Assembly (NCBI RefSeq): GCF_964355755.1
Contig: NC_092680.1
Location: 3,286,001-3,350,000 of the forward strand
Source of the DNA: Antedon mediterranea
Lineage: Eukaryota > Animalia > Echinodermata
Length of the DNA: 64,000 nt
Reading direction: 5' to 3'
In this document: piece after piece, positions 48,101 to 61,037 of the stretch
Position numbering within the stretch: the stretch's first letter is position 1
Layout of the letters: each line of letters begins with the position of its first letter
Notes under the pieces: model-generated
Database searches by the model: none
What the model was told of the DNA's origin: nothing
Seen by the model: the letters and a program-made list of their open reading frames with translations, nothing else
Program-made: the position numbers and the translations under genes

Positions 48101-51100
48101 TCATTTTGTTGTCTCAACCCGCATTTATATTATCTGTTTTATTTTTTACAATGAGTACATTTATCTCTCCAAAAATGTACTTCCTTTGCGGTAACTGTCA
48201 TCATACTGAATCTTTGCGGCAGAAGTACTAAATAGACGGCGCTGTTGTGTTTCAAAACAATAGTATAAAAAAAATTATTTTCAAAACGTATATACGAAAA
48301 AAAAGTACTATTAAATAGTGCGTACTATTGCACGCCATGTGACCCACAATCGTCCAGTCAAATGAAAGGAATTTATTTAGATGTTATATAATTTGTAATA
48401 TTGAATCATGTTGCTTAACTTGATTTCTTGTTAAATTGTTAGGAATCTCATATTGATGTGCAGCTTGATAACCGTCACATGATGCTTCGAGGAGAAACTG
48501 TAAGTTTATGTAATTTTCTTTGAACATTTTTGTTTATTGGAATTTTCATTTTGTTATTTTAAATTTGAACCTCTAACAAATTTAATTGTGGAAACTGAAA
48601 TGTAATTATTAATGACTCGTACAGTATTGACTCATTCTAACTTTCCAACTTCCCGCAAATTGTTGCAATTTAATTATTAATGAATACAGAATTAAAAATG
48701 ATAATGTTATTCTGATTTTTAGCTTTCTAAAGTTATGAAAGTGAGGTCCAGTTTAACATATTGGTGAGTATTTTGTCTGGCTTTATATTTATTGATTCAC
48801 TTGGTTCAAATAGTATTTTTCGTAGACTGTCATCTGCTTATAATAGTTGTATTGTTGAAAATTGTGAATTAGATATTTTCTATTGTAGTTTTTCTAAGTT
48901 TAAACGTATGATACATAAGATGGTTAGATAATTTTAAGTATCTTAAATTTTAAATAATTTTATTAATGTTATTGATATGATTTTAATTGTTATATAGTTC
49001 TTATTTATATATGTATATTTTCATCCTGTAATTGGTGTTTACACTGTTGGATGTACAATAAAATAAAAAAAAAAATAAAAAATACTTAAACATCATCTTT
49101 AATAATGATAATAATTAAATATTATAGTGATGTGCTGTGAAGGAAAAATCACACATATGAAAGTAGAGACATTCTCTTAATTATATAAATTCTAAACATA
49201 TTCACACTTTTTACCCTTTTGTTTTAGTTTCAGACAACATTTCTTTGATAGAGGATACTGTGAGGTAAGTTATATTTAGAATCAACTTTTTTTGTTAAAT
49301 TATTGGCATACGGGCTGTTTCAGAAATAATTTGAAAAATTGGGTGGATTAGTATAAGGAAACCTGATTGTTATGGTTATGGTCTTGAGTTTTTATTGGTT
49401 TATTCTTCGTTCATCCATCAAACAGTTTGTAAAATTGTCTGTATTTTCATGACTAAGAAGAGTCAACTCTCTAAGACCTGTTTCAATCTGTATCACATAC
49501 GCTGCCTGTTAGTAACCTAAGCTATTTATAATTTTTATTTATTATATTTGAGCATAAAAGTGTCATTATCTTTCTTTCAAAGGTCTGGCCACCAACACTT
49601 GTACAGACACAGGTTGAAGGAGGTTCAACACTATTTAAACTAAACTATTTTGGAGAAGAGGTATTGTAATATATGATTTAAATCAACATCTATTACATTC
49701 TTTTTACTGTGAGTGTGAGTAAAATGAAGTACTATGAAATGTGTTATGTATGTGTTATAGAAATTTTTTTTATGTTCTCCTATAGAAAGAGTAATTCACC
49801 TTTGAGTTGTAACCATGTTAAAATTTGTATTTTATAGTCTTAAGCTCTGTCTACGCTATCAAACTTGTTGGTGTGTAGTGATATGCTTAAATATGGTAGT
49901 GCTATGACATCATCATGTCATGGGCACATCACATTTTTTTGTCACATGAAGTTTGATAGTGTAGACATAGCCTTAAATTGTCATTCTTTTTTCCAGGCGT
50001 ACTTGACACAGTCATCCCAACTGTACCTTGAGACAGCCTTGCCATCATTAGGAGATGTTTTCTGTTTGGCACAGTCTTACCGTGCAGAACAGTCTCGTAC
50101 CAGGCGTCACTTGTCTGAGTAGGTTACTTTTAATCTTGTTAGCACAAGTACTACTGTTACTGTTGCTACTACTGCTGCTACTACTGCAGCTGCTGCTACT
50201 ACTGCTGCTGCTGCTGCTACTACTGCAGCTGCTGCTACTACTGCTGCTACTACTACTGCAGCTGCTGCTACTACACTGTTGCTGCTGCTACTACTGCTGC
50301 TGCTACTACTGCAGCTGCTGCTGCTACTACTACTTCTTCTACTACTGCTGGGCTTTTGCCACTGCTACTGTTGCTGCTGCTGCTACTATTTCTACTGCTG
50401 CTGCTACTACTACTTCTTCTGCTACTGCTACTTCTACAACTTTTGCTGCTTCTACTACTTCTGCTGCTTCTACTACTTCTGCTACTGCTGCTGCTACTCC
50501 TACTACTGCTGCTACTAATACTATTACTACTACTCTTTGATTACTGACTATTTCTGCTGACGAACAACAAAAACAGCAGCAACAATACTACTAATGCAGT
50601 AATACACATTCTGCTATCGCTGCCACAACCATTAAATGTTAGCTGATTTACAACTGTACCCTACGGCATACATCTGCCACTTTCGGTACCACAGCTAACC
50701 ATTTATATAAATAATTGTTTTGTAGGTACACTCATGTTGAAGCAGAATGTGCGTTCCTTACATTTGAGGATCTTCTTGATCGCATTGAAGACCTTGTATG
50801 TGATGTAGCTGAACGTGTTATGAAAACCCCAGAAGCAGAATACATCAAAGAATTACATCCGGTAATAATCTCATTGCCAAATTGTGTGTAAAAACATATC
50901 GAAAAATACATCAAAAGTGTAAGAATAAAAACAGCATTAAAAATGGAAAAAACAATCTGGCAACCAAAAAAAAAAATCTCCCAAAACCAAAACAACTAAC
51001 TAGAATTTATAGCAGATTAATTAAAAATGACAAAATTATGACCTATTCTTTAAAATGCATTCTATAATGTCTGAAGGTTTTTGGAATATACAATGGGTGT

Positions 51101-53220
51101 ATAGATTTTGGAGTAATTGAGTCTTGTATTTTGTCTTTATTGTTTCTGTTATTTTGGTGGTATTTATATAATTCATAACCTCCTTACTAGGGAATACAGT
51201 AATTTACAAACTGCTTTTGCTTCAGTTTTTGTTTTATTTTGTTGCATATTAAATTGATTGGATTTATATTGATATGATTTTAATTGTTTTGCCAGAACTT
51301 TACAGTTCCAAAACGTCCATTTAAGAGAATGCATTATGCAGATGCAATCAAATATCTTAAAGAAAATGACATTAAGAAAGAAGATGGAACATATTATGAA
51401 TTTGGAGAGGTAAGATTCAACAAGTCATTGCTATCTTGTAATTTACAAAAATTTCAACAAAATTGTTGACAAAAATATTCATATTTCCGTGTTCTTTGGA
51501 GACCTAAATCTTGAAGAAAATTAATATTTACCAATTTTCTCAGCCAAGATTTGCATGAAATTCAAACTTGAAGTGTGTTGCCTAATAACCCAAAAAACAC
51601 AGATTTTTTTTCTCACTTTTGATTGCACCAAATTAATTGATTCATTATTAGGATATTCCTGAGATGCCTGAAAGAAAGATGACAGATAAAATCAATGAGG
51701 TATGTAATATACAATAATTAATAATTACAATTTAAAATAATATTTAATGTAAAAAAAGATCAATGTTTCGGAACCATCATGGAACCATTCTCAAGAACAA
51801 ATGAGTAAACTTAACAACTAAACAAAATACAAAGCACCAAATGGTGACAAGAAATACTTAAACAATTAGTTACAAACTTACAAAAAAGATTACAGATGTA
51901 CTTGATTATATCATTATTTCTTTATTGTTTTGTCACTTTTTCATTCATTTCTTTTTGTATATTATTGATAGATTTTGTGTTTTTCAGCCAATTCTTTTGT
52001 GTCGCTTTCCTGCTGCCATCAAATCTTTCTACATGCAGAAGTGTGCAGACGACAAACGAGTAACTGAATCGGTGAGTAAATATGCAAATACAGGAAGTCA
52101 GAGCGATCAACCACTGAGCCATTGTTTGCGTTGGTCAATTAAGACATTTTGAACTTATGAAATCTAATTTTTTATTTTATTTTATTCAATTTGTCTAATG
52201 TCAAATCCCATATATATTCAACGAGATTATAAATTTGTCATGAAAAATAGCATGTAAGGCCATCTGTTTGGAGTTTCTAGAAAACTGAGATCTAGAAAAC
52301 TTAAATTTCAGATATAGTTTTCTAGATCAATGGAATGTCAGATATCGTTTTCTAGATCAAAGGAATGTCAGATATCTGAATTGTTTAGACACCCAGCTGT
52401 TTTCTATTTATTTCTGTTAACATTTTTTATATTTCTTACAATATGTACAAAGTGTAACAAGGCCATATACAATTTTAAGTTAGTGTTTACTGATCAAAAT
52501 AGTGAGCTATAGAGTCGCGTTTGCACACGACTGAAAATATATGGTGATACTTGTAATACAATATTAATGCATTTGCAGGTTGATCTACTTATGCCAAACG
52601 TAGGTGAAATTGTTGGCGGTTCAATGAGGATGTGGGACAGTGAAGAGTTACTAGAAGGCTACAAAAGAGAGGGTATTGACCCCACCCCATACTACTGGTA
52701 CACAGACCAAGTACGTACATAACATTTGTTGTTGTCCCTTTTTCATAGCTCAGAGGAACCAAGTACATACTGTACTACCTTATGAAGAGCCAATTGAGTA
52801 ATTCTTGTTGTGCCTCTCTTCTCATTTGTTATTGGTTCTCGCACACCCCCTCCCCCACCCTCCCTTAATTTAAAAAAGTTACTCAGCAATGAAAATATTG
52901 TTTTAGGATTCAAAATGTTTACATTATGTCATCATGACTTTTTGCATATTTTTATTTCATGCCATAAATGTTGATGTTAACTTATCGTTTCCTATTATTA
53001 AACAGCCTTTGGAGTATGTATTATATTTCCTTCCACTGTTAATTGTTCCACTGTTAATTGTTCCACTGTTGTATTTTTTAACTTGCAGAGAAAATACGGA
53101 ACTTGTCCCCATGGAGGGTATGGCTTAGGCCTTGAGCGTTTCCTAACATGGTTGCTCAACCGCTATCATATTCGTGACGTCTGTTTCTACCCACGATTTA
53201 CCGAACGATGTAAACCATAA
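45145..53220 (+). CDS. NARS1: Asparagine--tRNA ligase, cytoplasmic; ~20 exons
   Basis: Motifs [97 protein letters not shown]; ends PRFTERCKP*. Confidence 0.96.
47397..47557. mobile_element. MITE family A copy
   Basis: TTA|AGCTCTGTCTACAC...GTGTAGACAGGGCT|TAA. Other full or partial copies at ~1535, ~6115, ~16545, ~31775, ~40661, ~46345, ~49842 and ~53903. Confidence 0.85.
50148..50535. repeat. Compound (CTG/CTA/CTT)n trinucleotide microsatellite in a NARS1 intron
   Basis: Mixed triplet run between the SE| and |YTHVEAE exons. Confidence 0.95.
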
Positions 53221-53499
53221 ACTACTGTACACACAAATCAACCAAGTGTACTGTTCTCAATGGCATCCATCAACTCAAATAATTTCTTCATTCCATTTCA
53301 TTGGTGGTGGTTTACGTATGACCTGTTGTTTTGTTTCACTCAATATTAACATGTGCGATCAACAAATAATATATATATATATAATCCAGAAATAATAAAA
53401 ATTGTGCTTATAAAAAAATATACACATCTCATAACATGCTGATTAATCTATTTATTTGTAGAGTTACATTTATAACCAATTTAAAAAGCACAGTTGATA

Positions 53500-53670
53500 T
53501 ACAATATAACCTCTATTAAGGGTCCACCTTCGGGACCAAACACAGTGTTCACTCAATAAAACTGTCCCCTGAATAGGGGTGTTTAAATATATTTTCCCGG
53601 CTTGGGAAAGTTTCCTCTTAGTAAGAGTGTTCCCTGAATAAGGGTGTCCCAAAGGAGGTGTTTGCTGTAG
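53500..53670. mobile_element. Tigger/pogo-like MITE, degenerate
   Basis: TACAATATAACCTCTATTAAGGG...CCCTGAATAAGGGTGTCCCAAAGGAGGTGTTTGCTGTA. Related fragments at ~7109-7210 and ~9930-9975. Confidence 0.45.
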
Positions 53671-54776
53671 TATTTTTTCTCATAGAAACTACAGTAGCAT
53701 TAAACTGTAAAGAAGTGCTTTTGTAGTTATAAACTGTCTAAAAGATTATTGCTTGCTTTTTACTCGTACTCAGATAACTCAATTGTTAAACATTATTTTT
53801 AGACAGATTGGTACAAAATAATGCGTCCTGCCAAGGAAGAGTTTTCCCTGGTCCTGCTGAATGTCCAACATTATTTTGTCTAGCTCCACCGATGCCGGTC
53901 TAAAGCTAGACTAAACTAGTTTGAAAAAAAATGTGATTACTTTCCCAAATATGAGGTGATATGCCCAAATATGGTAGTGATATGACATCATCATGTCCAT
54001 ATATGGGCACATCACATTGTTTTGTCACAAAGTTTGATAGTGTGGAAAGAGCTTTAGGCTCTTGTAATATTGGACCTTAGCCAATCATAATAATGTTCAA
54101 GCTCTGTTGATGCATATATAACTATTCACTTTATCTACATGTTATTTATTTTGTTTTCAAGAGCATTTTGTATATCATAATTAATAAATTCATAAAATGA
54201 ATAAGATCCTTGTTATAGACTTTATGCCACAATTTAAGTTGCTGGGAAATTGACCATGTTTCAAATTTAGTACCATATTGAGGGCAAAGATGCAACTTTT
54301 AATATTTCCGTGAGATTTTGGTCACAATTTAGAATTAGTAAATGTTCTCAAAGAACAGAATTATGATGATGATGATCAGCTTAATGTACCTATTTGATAA
54401 ATTGATGCTTAAAATAAAAAAAGATAAATACATACATTTGTAATCATGATTATACCAGGAGCTAATGGGAACAAGTGGGGGAGAGGTGTTTCCAATACAC
54501 CCTGAATAATATAAGCTGTTCAGATTCAGATTCAGATAAAATTTATTCAGATAATGAATGAATACAAGATTGTTGTATTGCAAGCTGTGACAAATGTGAT
54601 AATAAATGAGATGAAACATAGCCACATTGTTTATTATATTCATTACATTTAATTTGTAAGATTTCGAGCACCATATAAAAAAGAATGTGGTTCATTGAAG
54701 ATTATAGAGGTTTGGTATTTAGGCAGTCATATTCAAGAGGACGAAAGCATTAGGAAACTATCTTGCGAAAGCTTAT

Positions 54777-54910
54777 ACCGTAAAACCTCGAAAAGAAGCC
54801 CATGGACTTAAACCTCGAAAAGAAGCCCATCTCGAAAAGAAGCCCCCCTCTACAGTTTGCAAAAGTACTCCCGAAAAGAAGCCCATCTCGAAATGAATCT
54901 TTTCGAGAGA
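54777..54910. mobile_element. Tc2/pogo-like terminus with TCGAAAAGAAGCCC subterminal repeats
   Basis: TA|CCGTAAAACC start followed by 4 copies of CGAAAAGAAGCCC; only one end seen. Confidence 0.4.
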
Positions 54911-55077
54911 GACTACTACAAGCGATAGGCGAATTCTTATAACAAAGTGGGTTGGCAATCCATCGCTGCAAATTCGGTCGTTCATAAAGTGTGGGATAAA
55001 TGTAGCCCTTGATGGTTCTGAAAACAAAACAAAGAAGTAAACGTCGAAGGGTTGGTTGGATATGAGATGCCATCATC

Positions 55078-57792
55078 GACAGACGACACTGTAATAATAC
55101 GTCTAGACGTCACTGTAATAATATGTCTAGACGTCACTGTAATAATACGTCTAGACGTCACTAATAATACGTCTAGACGTCACTGTAATAATACGTCTAG
55201 ACGTCACTGTAATAATACGTCTAGACGTCACTGTGACAATACGTCTAGACATCACTGTGATAATACGTCTAGACGTCACTGTGATAATACGTCTAGACGT
55301 CACTGTGATAATACGTCTAGACGTCACTGTGATAATACGTCTAGACGTCACTGTGATAATACGTCTAGACGTCACTGTGATAATACGTCTAGACGTCACT
55401 GTCATAATACGTCTAGACGTCACTGTAATAATACGTCTAGACGTCACTGTAATAATACGTCTAGACGTCACTATAAGAATACGTCTAGACGTCACTAAAA
55501 TAATACGTCTAGACGTCACTAATAATACCGTCTAGACGTCACTGTAATAATACGTCTAGACGGCACTGTAATAATACGTCTAGACGTCACTATAATAATA
55601 CGTCTAGACGTCACTATAATAATACGTCTAGACGTCACTATAATAATACGTCTAGACATCACTATAATAATACGTCTAGACGTCACTATAATAATACGTC
55701 TAGACGTCACTAATAATACCGTCTAGACGTCACTGTAATAATACGTCTAGACGTCACAGTAATAATACGTCTAGACGTCACTATAATAGTACGTCTAGAC
55801 GTCACTATAATAATACGTCTAGACGTCACTATAATAATACGTCTAGACGTCACTGTAATAATACGTCTAGACGTCATTGTAATAATACGTCTAGACGTCA
55901 CTGTAATAATACGTCTAGACGTCACTGTAATAATACGTCTAGACGTTACTTTAATAATATGTCTAGACGTCACTGTAATAATACGTCTAGACGTCACTAT
56001 AAGAATACGTCTAGACGTCACTCTAATAATATGTCTAGACGTCACTGTAATAATACGTCTAGACGTCACTGTAATAATACGTCTAGACATCACTATAATA
56101 ATACGTCTAGACGTCACTATAATAATACGTCTAGACGTCACTATAATAATACATCTAGACGTCTCTATAATAATACGTCTAGACGTCACTGTGATAATAC
56201 GTCTAGACGTCACTGTGATAATACGTCTAGACGTCACTGTGATAATACGTCTAGACGTCACTATGGTCACTATAATAATACGTCTAGACGTCACTGCAAT
56301 AATACGTCTAGACGTCACTGTAATAATACGTCTAGACGTCACTTTAATAATACGTCTAGGCGTCACTGTAATAATACGTCTAGACGTCACTGTAATAATA
56401 CGTCTAGACATCACTTTAATAATACGTCTAGACGTCACTATAATAATACATCTAGACGTCACTGTAATTCGTCTAGACGTCACTATAATAATACGTCTAG
56501 ACTTCATTATAATAATACGTCTAGACGTCACTATAATAATACGTCTAGACGTCACTATAATAATACGTCTAGACGTCACTATAATAATACGTCTAGACGT
56601 CACTGTAATAATACGTCTAGACATCACTATAATAATACGTCTAGACGTCACTATAAGAATACGTCTAGACGTCACTATAATAATACGTCTAGACGTCACT
56701 ATAATAATACGTCTAGACGTCACTGTGATAATACGTCTAGACGTCACTGTGATAATACGTCTAGACGTCAATGTAATAATACGTCTAGACGTCACTACAA
56801 TAATACGTCTAGACGTCACTATATCAATACGTCTAGACGTCACTATAATAATACGTCTAGACGTCACTGCAATAATACGTCTAGACGTCACTGCAATAAT
56901 ACGTCTAGACGTCACTGCAATAATACGTCTAGACGTCACTGCAATAATACGTCTAGACGTCACTGTAAAAATACGTCTAGACGTCACTGTAATAATACGT
57001 CTAGACGTCACTGAAATAATACGGCTAGACGTCACTGAAATAATACGTCTAGACGTCACTGTAATAATACGTCTAGACGTCACTGTAATAATACGTCTAG
57101 ACGTCACTTTAATAATACGTCTAGGCGTCACTGTAATAATACGTCTAGACGTCACTGTAATAATACGTCTAGACGTCACTATAATAATACGTCTAGACGT
57201 CACTTTAATAATACGTATAGACATCACTTTAATAATACGTCTAGACGTCACTATAATAATACATCTAGACGTCACTGTAATTCGTCTAGACGTCACTATA
57301 ATAATACGTCTAGACGTCACTATAATAATACGTCTAGACGTCACTATAATAATACGTCTAGACGTCACTATAATAATACGTCTAGACGTCACTATAATAA
57401 TACGTCTAGACGTCACTATAATAATACGTCTAGACGTCACTATAATAATACGTCTAGACGTCACTGTAATAATACGTCTAGACGTCACTGTAATAATACG
57501 TCTAGACGTCACTGTAATAATACGTCTAGACGTCACTGTAATAATACGTCTAGGCGTCACTGTAATAATACGTCTATAGACGTCACTTTAATTATACGTC
57601 TAGACGTCACTGTAATAATACGTCTAGACGTCACTATGATAATACGTCTAGACGTGACTTTGATAATACGTCTAGACGTCACTGTAATAATACATCTAGG
57701 CGTTACTGTAATAATACGTCTAGACGTCACTGTAATAATACGTCTAGACGTCACTGTAATAATACGTCTAGACGTCACTTTAATAATACGTC
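55078..57792. repeat. 24-bp palindromic minisatellite, ~110 units (AATACGTCTAGACGTCACTRTAAT)
   Basis: Continuous tandem array; each unit contains the 12-bp palindrome ACGTCTAGACGT. Confidence 0.97.
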
Positions 57793-57945
57793 TGAACGTC
57801 TGAACGTTCTTATAACGTTTAAACGATGTTATGAAAAAATATTCTGTGAATGAACGTTATTTGAATGTTAAACGAACGTTCGTAGTAAACCTAATCACAC
57901 GCTAACCAAAATATAACGTTAGCTGAACGTTATGTGTTTGCTGGG
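57793..57945. mobile_element. AACGTT-rich end of a CCCAG-terminated DNA element
   Basis: Several AACGTT motifs ending ...TGTGTTTGCTGGG. Related ends at ~58590-58700 and ~63105-63215. Confidence 0.5.
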
Positions 57946-58019
57946 AAAATGGTAACAGATTCATTTACGACATAATTATATGTATTTTTTTTCACGACGA
58001 CTCCGGCTATAGTTGGACT

Positions 58020-58580
58020 TAAAACAACGATTATTCTCTGTACCTTTCTGAGATTATTCGATGTACCGATTATGGCAACAATTTTCTTGAACTAAACATA
58101 AATAAAACGAAAGAAATTAAGGATTTATTTTCGAAAACATAATTGGTCTGACAGTATACATTAATTAAAGGAAAGAAGTAGAGATTGTTAACAATTATAA
58201 GTATCTGGCAGTAGTGTTTGACTAAAGCATAAATGGGTGGACATGTTGATCATAGTTAAGAAGTTAAATACAAGCTGTACTGCTTGAGGAAACGGTTCTT
58301 CGGGTTAAAGCAGTATATTGTACTATATAGAATGTTTATGTTTTACTAATCAGTGATGTTCTATTTGGGGATATTGTATGTTGGGCTGGGAATATCAGTA
58401 AGGGAATGTAAGGGGATAAAGACCGAATTGAGAAGGTGCTGGGTAGAGCGGGGAAAGTAATTGGTTTGTATATGCAAATGCTTGACTCGTTCTACAGCGA
58501 ACGACTTGCCGATGTATTCCATGCTATATTGAAAGACACCAATCATCCTCTTCATGGCGACATTATCAGCTCCGTTTTGC
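58020..58580 (+). mobile_element. Degenerate LINE reverse-transcriptase C-terminal remnant (Rex1/Babar- or L2-like)
   Basis: Frameshifted peptides LELNINKTKEI, KEVEIVNNYKYLAVVFD, LYCLRK, WAGNIS and ILKDTNHPLH. Confidence 0.65.
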
Positions 58581-60183
58581 ATTCGCTATTATAACGTTTT
58601 GATGGAAACGTTGTTCAATTAGAACATGTATTTATACACATAAACGTTTTAGAAAAACCAAACCTAAAAACACGCAATGTCAAACGCTGTGTTTTCTGGG
58701 AACAAAATGGTACAGATTTATTGACAAAATTATAGTGTTTATTTGTTTTACTGTGATTACCTAATAATCAGTATGTGATAGATCTTATTAAATGTAGGCC
58801 TACTACTGTCATCTTTATTAAATGTAGGCCTACTACTGACGTGTTATCGTTAGATAAATTATATTTTTTATTTGTAACTGGAATAAAAACTAATTTCTTT
58901 ATATACTTTTTGTATCTATAAATCCGTAAAAATTATTCAATATCCACCTCAGGGAATCCACCTAATATATATTAGGGAAGGATACCTAAAAATTATATAG
59001 AAATAAAGAGCCATAATTATACTGTATTAACTTGAAAACTGAAATTAATTCTACAGCATGCAGGGCGTAGTTGTTTTCCCTTTGTTGCTGAAACATAATG
59101 CACTAAACAAAAGAACAAAAGCAGCAGTATTTTAACACATTAAAAAAACACTCAATTAATAAATGGGACCCCTATTTTCCCATCTTTTTATAATGGTATA
59201 GTCCATATATATATAGTGTTTGACAGCATAAATGGGTGGACATGTTGATCATAGTTAAGAAGTTAAATACAAGCTGTACTGCTTGAGGAAACGGTTCTTC
59301 GGGTTAAAGCAGGATATTGTACTCTAGAATGTTTATGTTTTACTAATCAGTGATGTTCTATTTGGGGATATTGTATTGGGCTGGGAATATCAGTAAGGGA
59401 ATGTAAGGTGATAAAGACCGAATTGAGAAGGTGCTGGGTAGAGCGGGGAAAGTACCCAGGTAAAAATTCCAGTTGAAGACCAGTTGGGAAATTTCCCAGT
59501 TGGGAATTTTCCCTGTTGTGAATTGAGACAATTACCAGTTGTGAATTTTCCAACTGGTCTGATAATCCCAGTTGTAAATTTTACCAGTTGTAAATTTCTC
59601 AACTGGTCTGATAATCCCAGTTGTGAATTTTCCAACTGGTCTGATCAATCCCAGTTGTAAATTTTCCCAGTTGTACATTTTTCCCAGTTGAGAATTTTCC
59701 CAACTGGTAAATTTCAGTACAAAAACAAATTACACAAACTACAGAACTTATTGTTTAACTGTTTATTTTATTAACTTTAATATTTACAATTACAGTAGTT
59801 ACTTTCAATTCTGCAGTACTGTAGTTAATTACCCCACAAAGGTCTTAACGACCTGCATAACCCCTACATCTACACAAATGTCAGCATATCCCTGCCGTTT
59901 CCTTTTTACAGGTCCATGAAAATGGAGATCTAGCATTTATTCAGTAATATATTTATGAAGTTATGGCCACCTTCTTTATTTAGTCATGTTGACAAAATTA
60001 GTCCTGAAAGAGAAAAACCAAAACAAATTGATTAAATAAACAATATACTGGTAGTACAAGGAATAAATCAAATTCAAATCTCAAGTATCAATTTATATAC
60101 TGTTTTACTGAAAAAGGAAGATGGAATCATATATTAATAGAAATGAAAGAATGATTATCCAAATAATGTTCTCTACAAGCAAT

Positions 60184-61037
60184 AGAGAGAAATGGCGAAC
60201 CGCGATGACGTCACTCAAATTTCACCGAGTGGGTATAGATTGTAAACAAACCATTTCGCCACATGTTTTTGTATGGGAAATTCCGATGGGTTGAGTTAAA
60301 AAGGAAGGTAGAAAAGAACGTTTAAAACACACATAATAGCAGTATCTTTTTTTTTTTGCAACACCCTTAACAATTTTAATGTTATATGGGCAAATCTTAA
60401 CATATTTTATTTTAATTTGGATTGAATTAAGACGCGTTTTTGTTATATACTGTACCCAGCTCTAGGCCCTAGATAGTTGGCATGTATGCTGTAGTACCTC
60501 GAGCCTAGCACGGATTATCGGTTATTATAATAATAATAATATTGGAAATTCGTTATTGCGTACTGTACCCACTACTACTACTTTAGCTAGGGTGCTGTTA
60601 GGCCTCTCCTAGCTAGGTAGTAAGACTAAATAGAGCATCTCTAGTAGATGTAGGCCTAGCATTAGTTTCAGCTTGACAACTGCCATTTTGTTATGTGGCT
60701 AGTGATGCTTCCTGCAGGGCCCGGGGGGCTATCGCCAGTAATGAATACTTGATAACACCATTCTATTATAATACTATAGGCCAAGTCTAATGTAGACCTA
60801 CAGATATGAGATATTTTTAGGAATATGATTGTGAATGATGGATGACTTTTATACATATTTCATTGTTTTATTGTGTAAATACACAAATACAACAAGAATT
60901 ATGAGCGTTACAGCAACAACATTGGTTAGACAACGCCATGATTCACGTGTATAAACATAGGAAATGTGTCGCCCTCAACGGTTTGTTATGATTTTATACC
61001 CACTCGGATTTTAGACGTCGGTTCGCCATTTCTCTCT
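60184..61037. mobile_element. Nested non-autonomous TIR element with AT TSD (ISL2EU/PHIS-like, tentative)
   Basis: AT|AGAGAGAAATGGCGAACCG...CGGTTCGCCATTTCTCTCT|AT. Removing it restores a LINE-like peptide LQAIEDEYHFTLVCPFYSDIR. Confidence 0.75.

Noticed and set aside
50055-50547. Poly-Leu/Cys/Thr ORFs
   Set aside because: Translations of an intronic trinucleotide microsatellite.
55052-57778. Long ORFs (up to 616 aa) and CRISPR-like regularity
   Set aside because: Pure 24-bp tandem repeat with no unique spacers and no cas genes; the open frames follow from a unit length divisible by 3.
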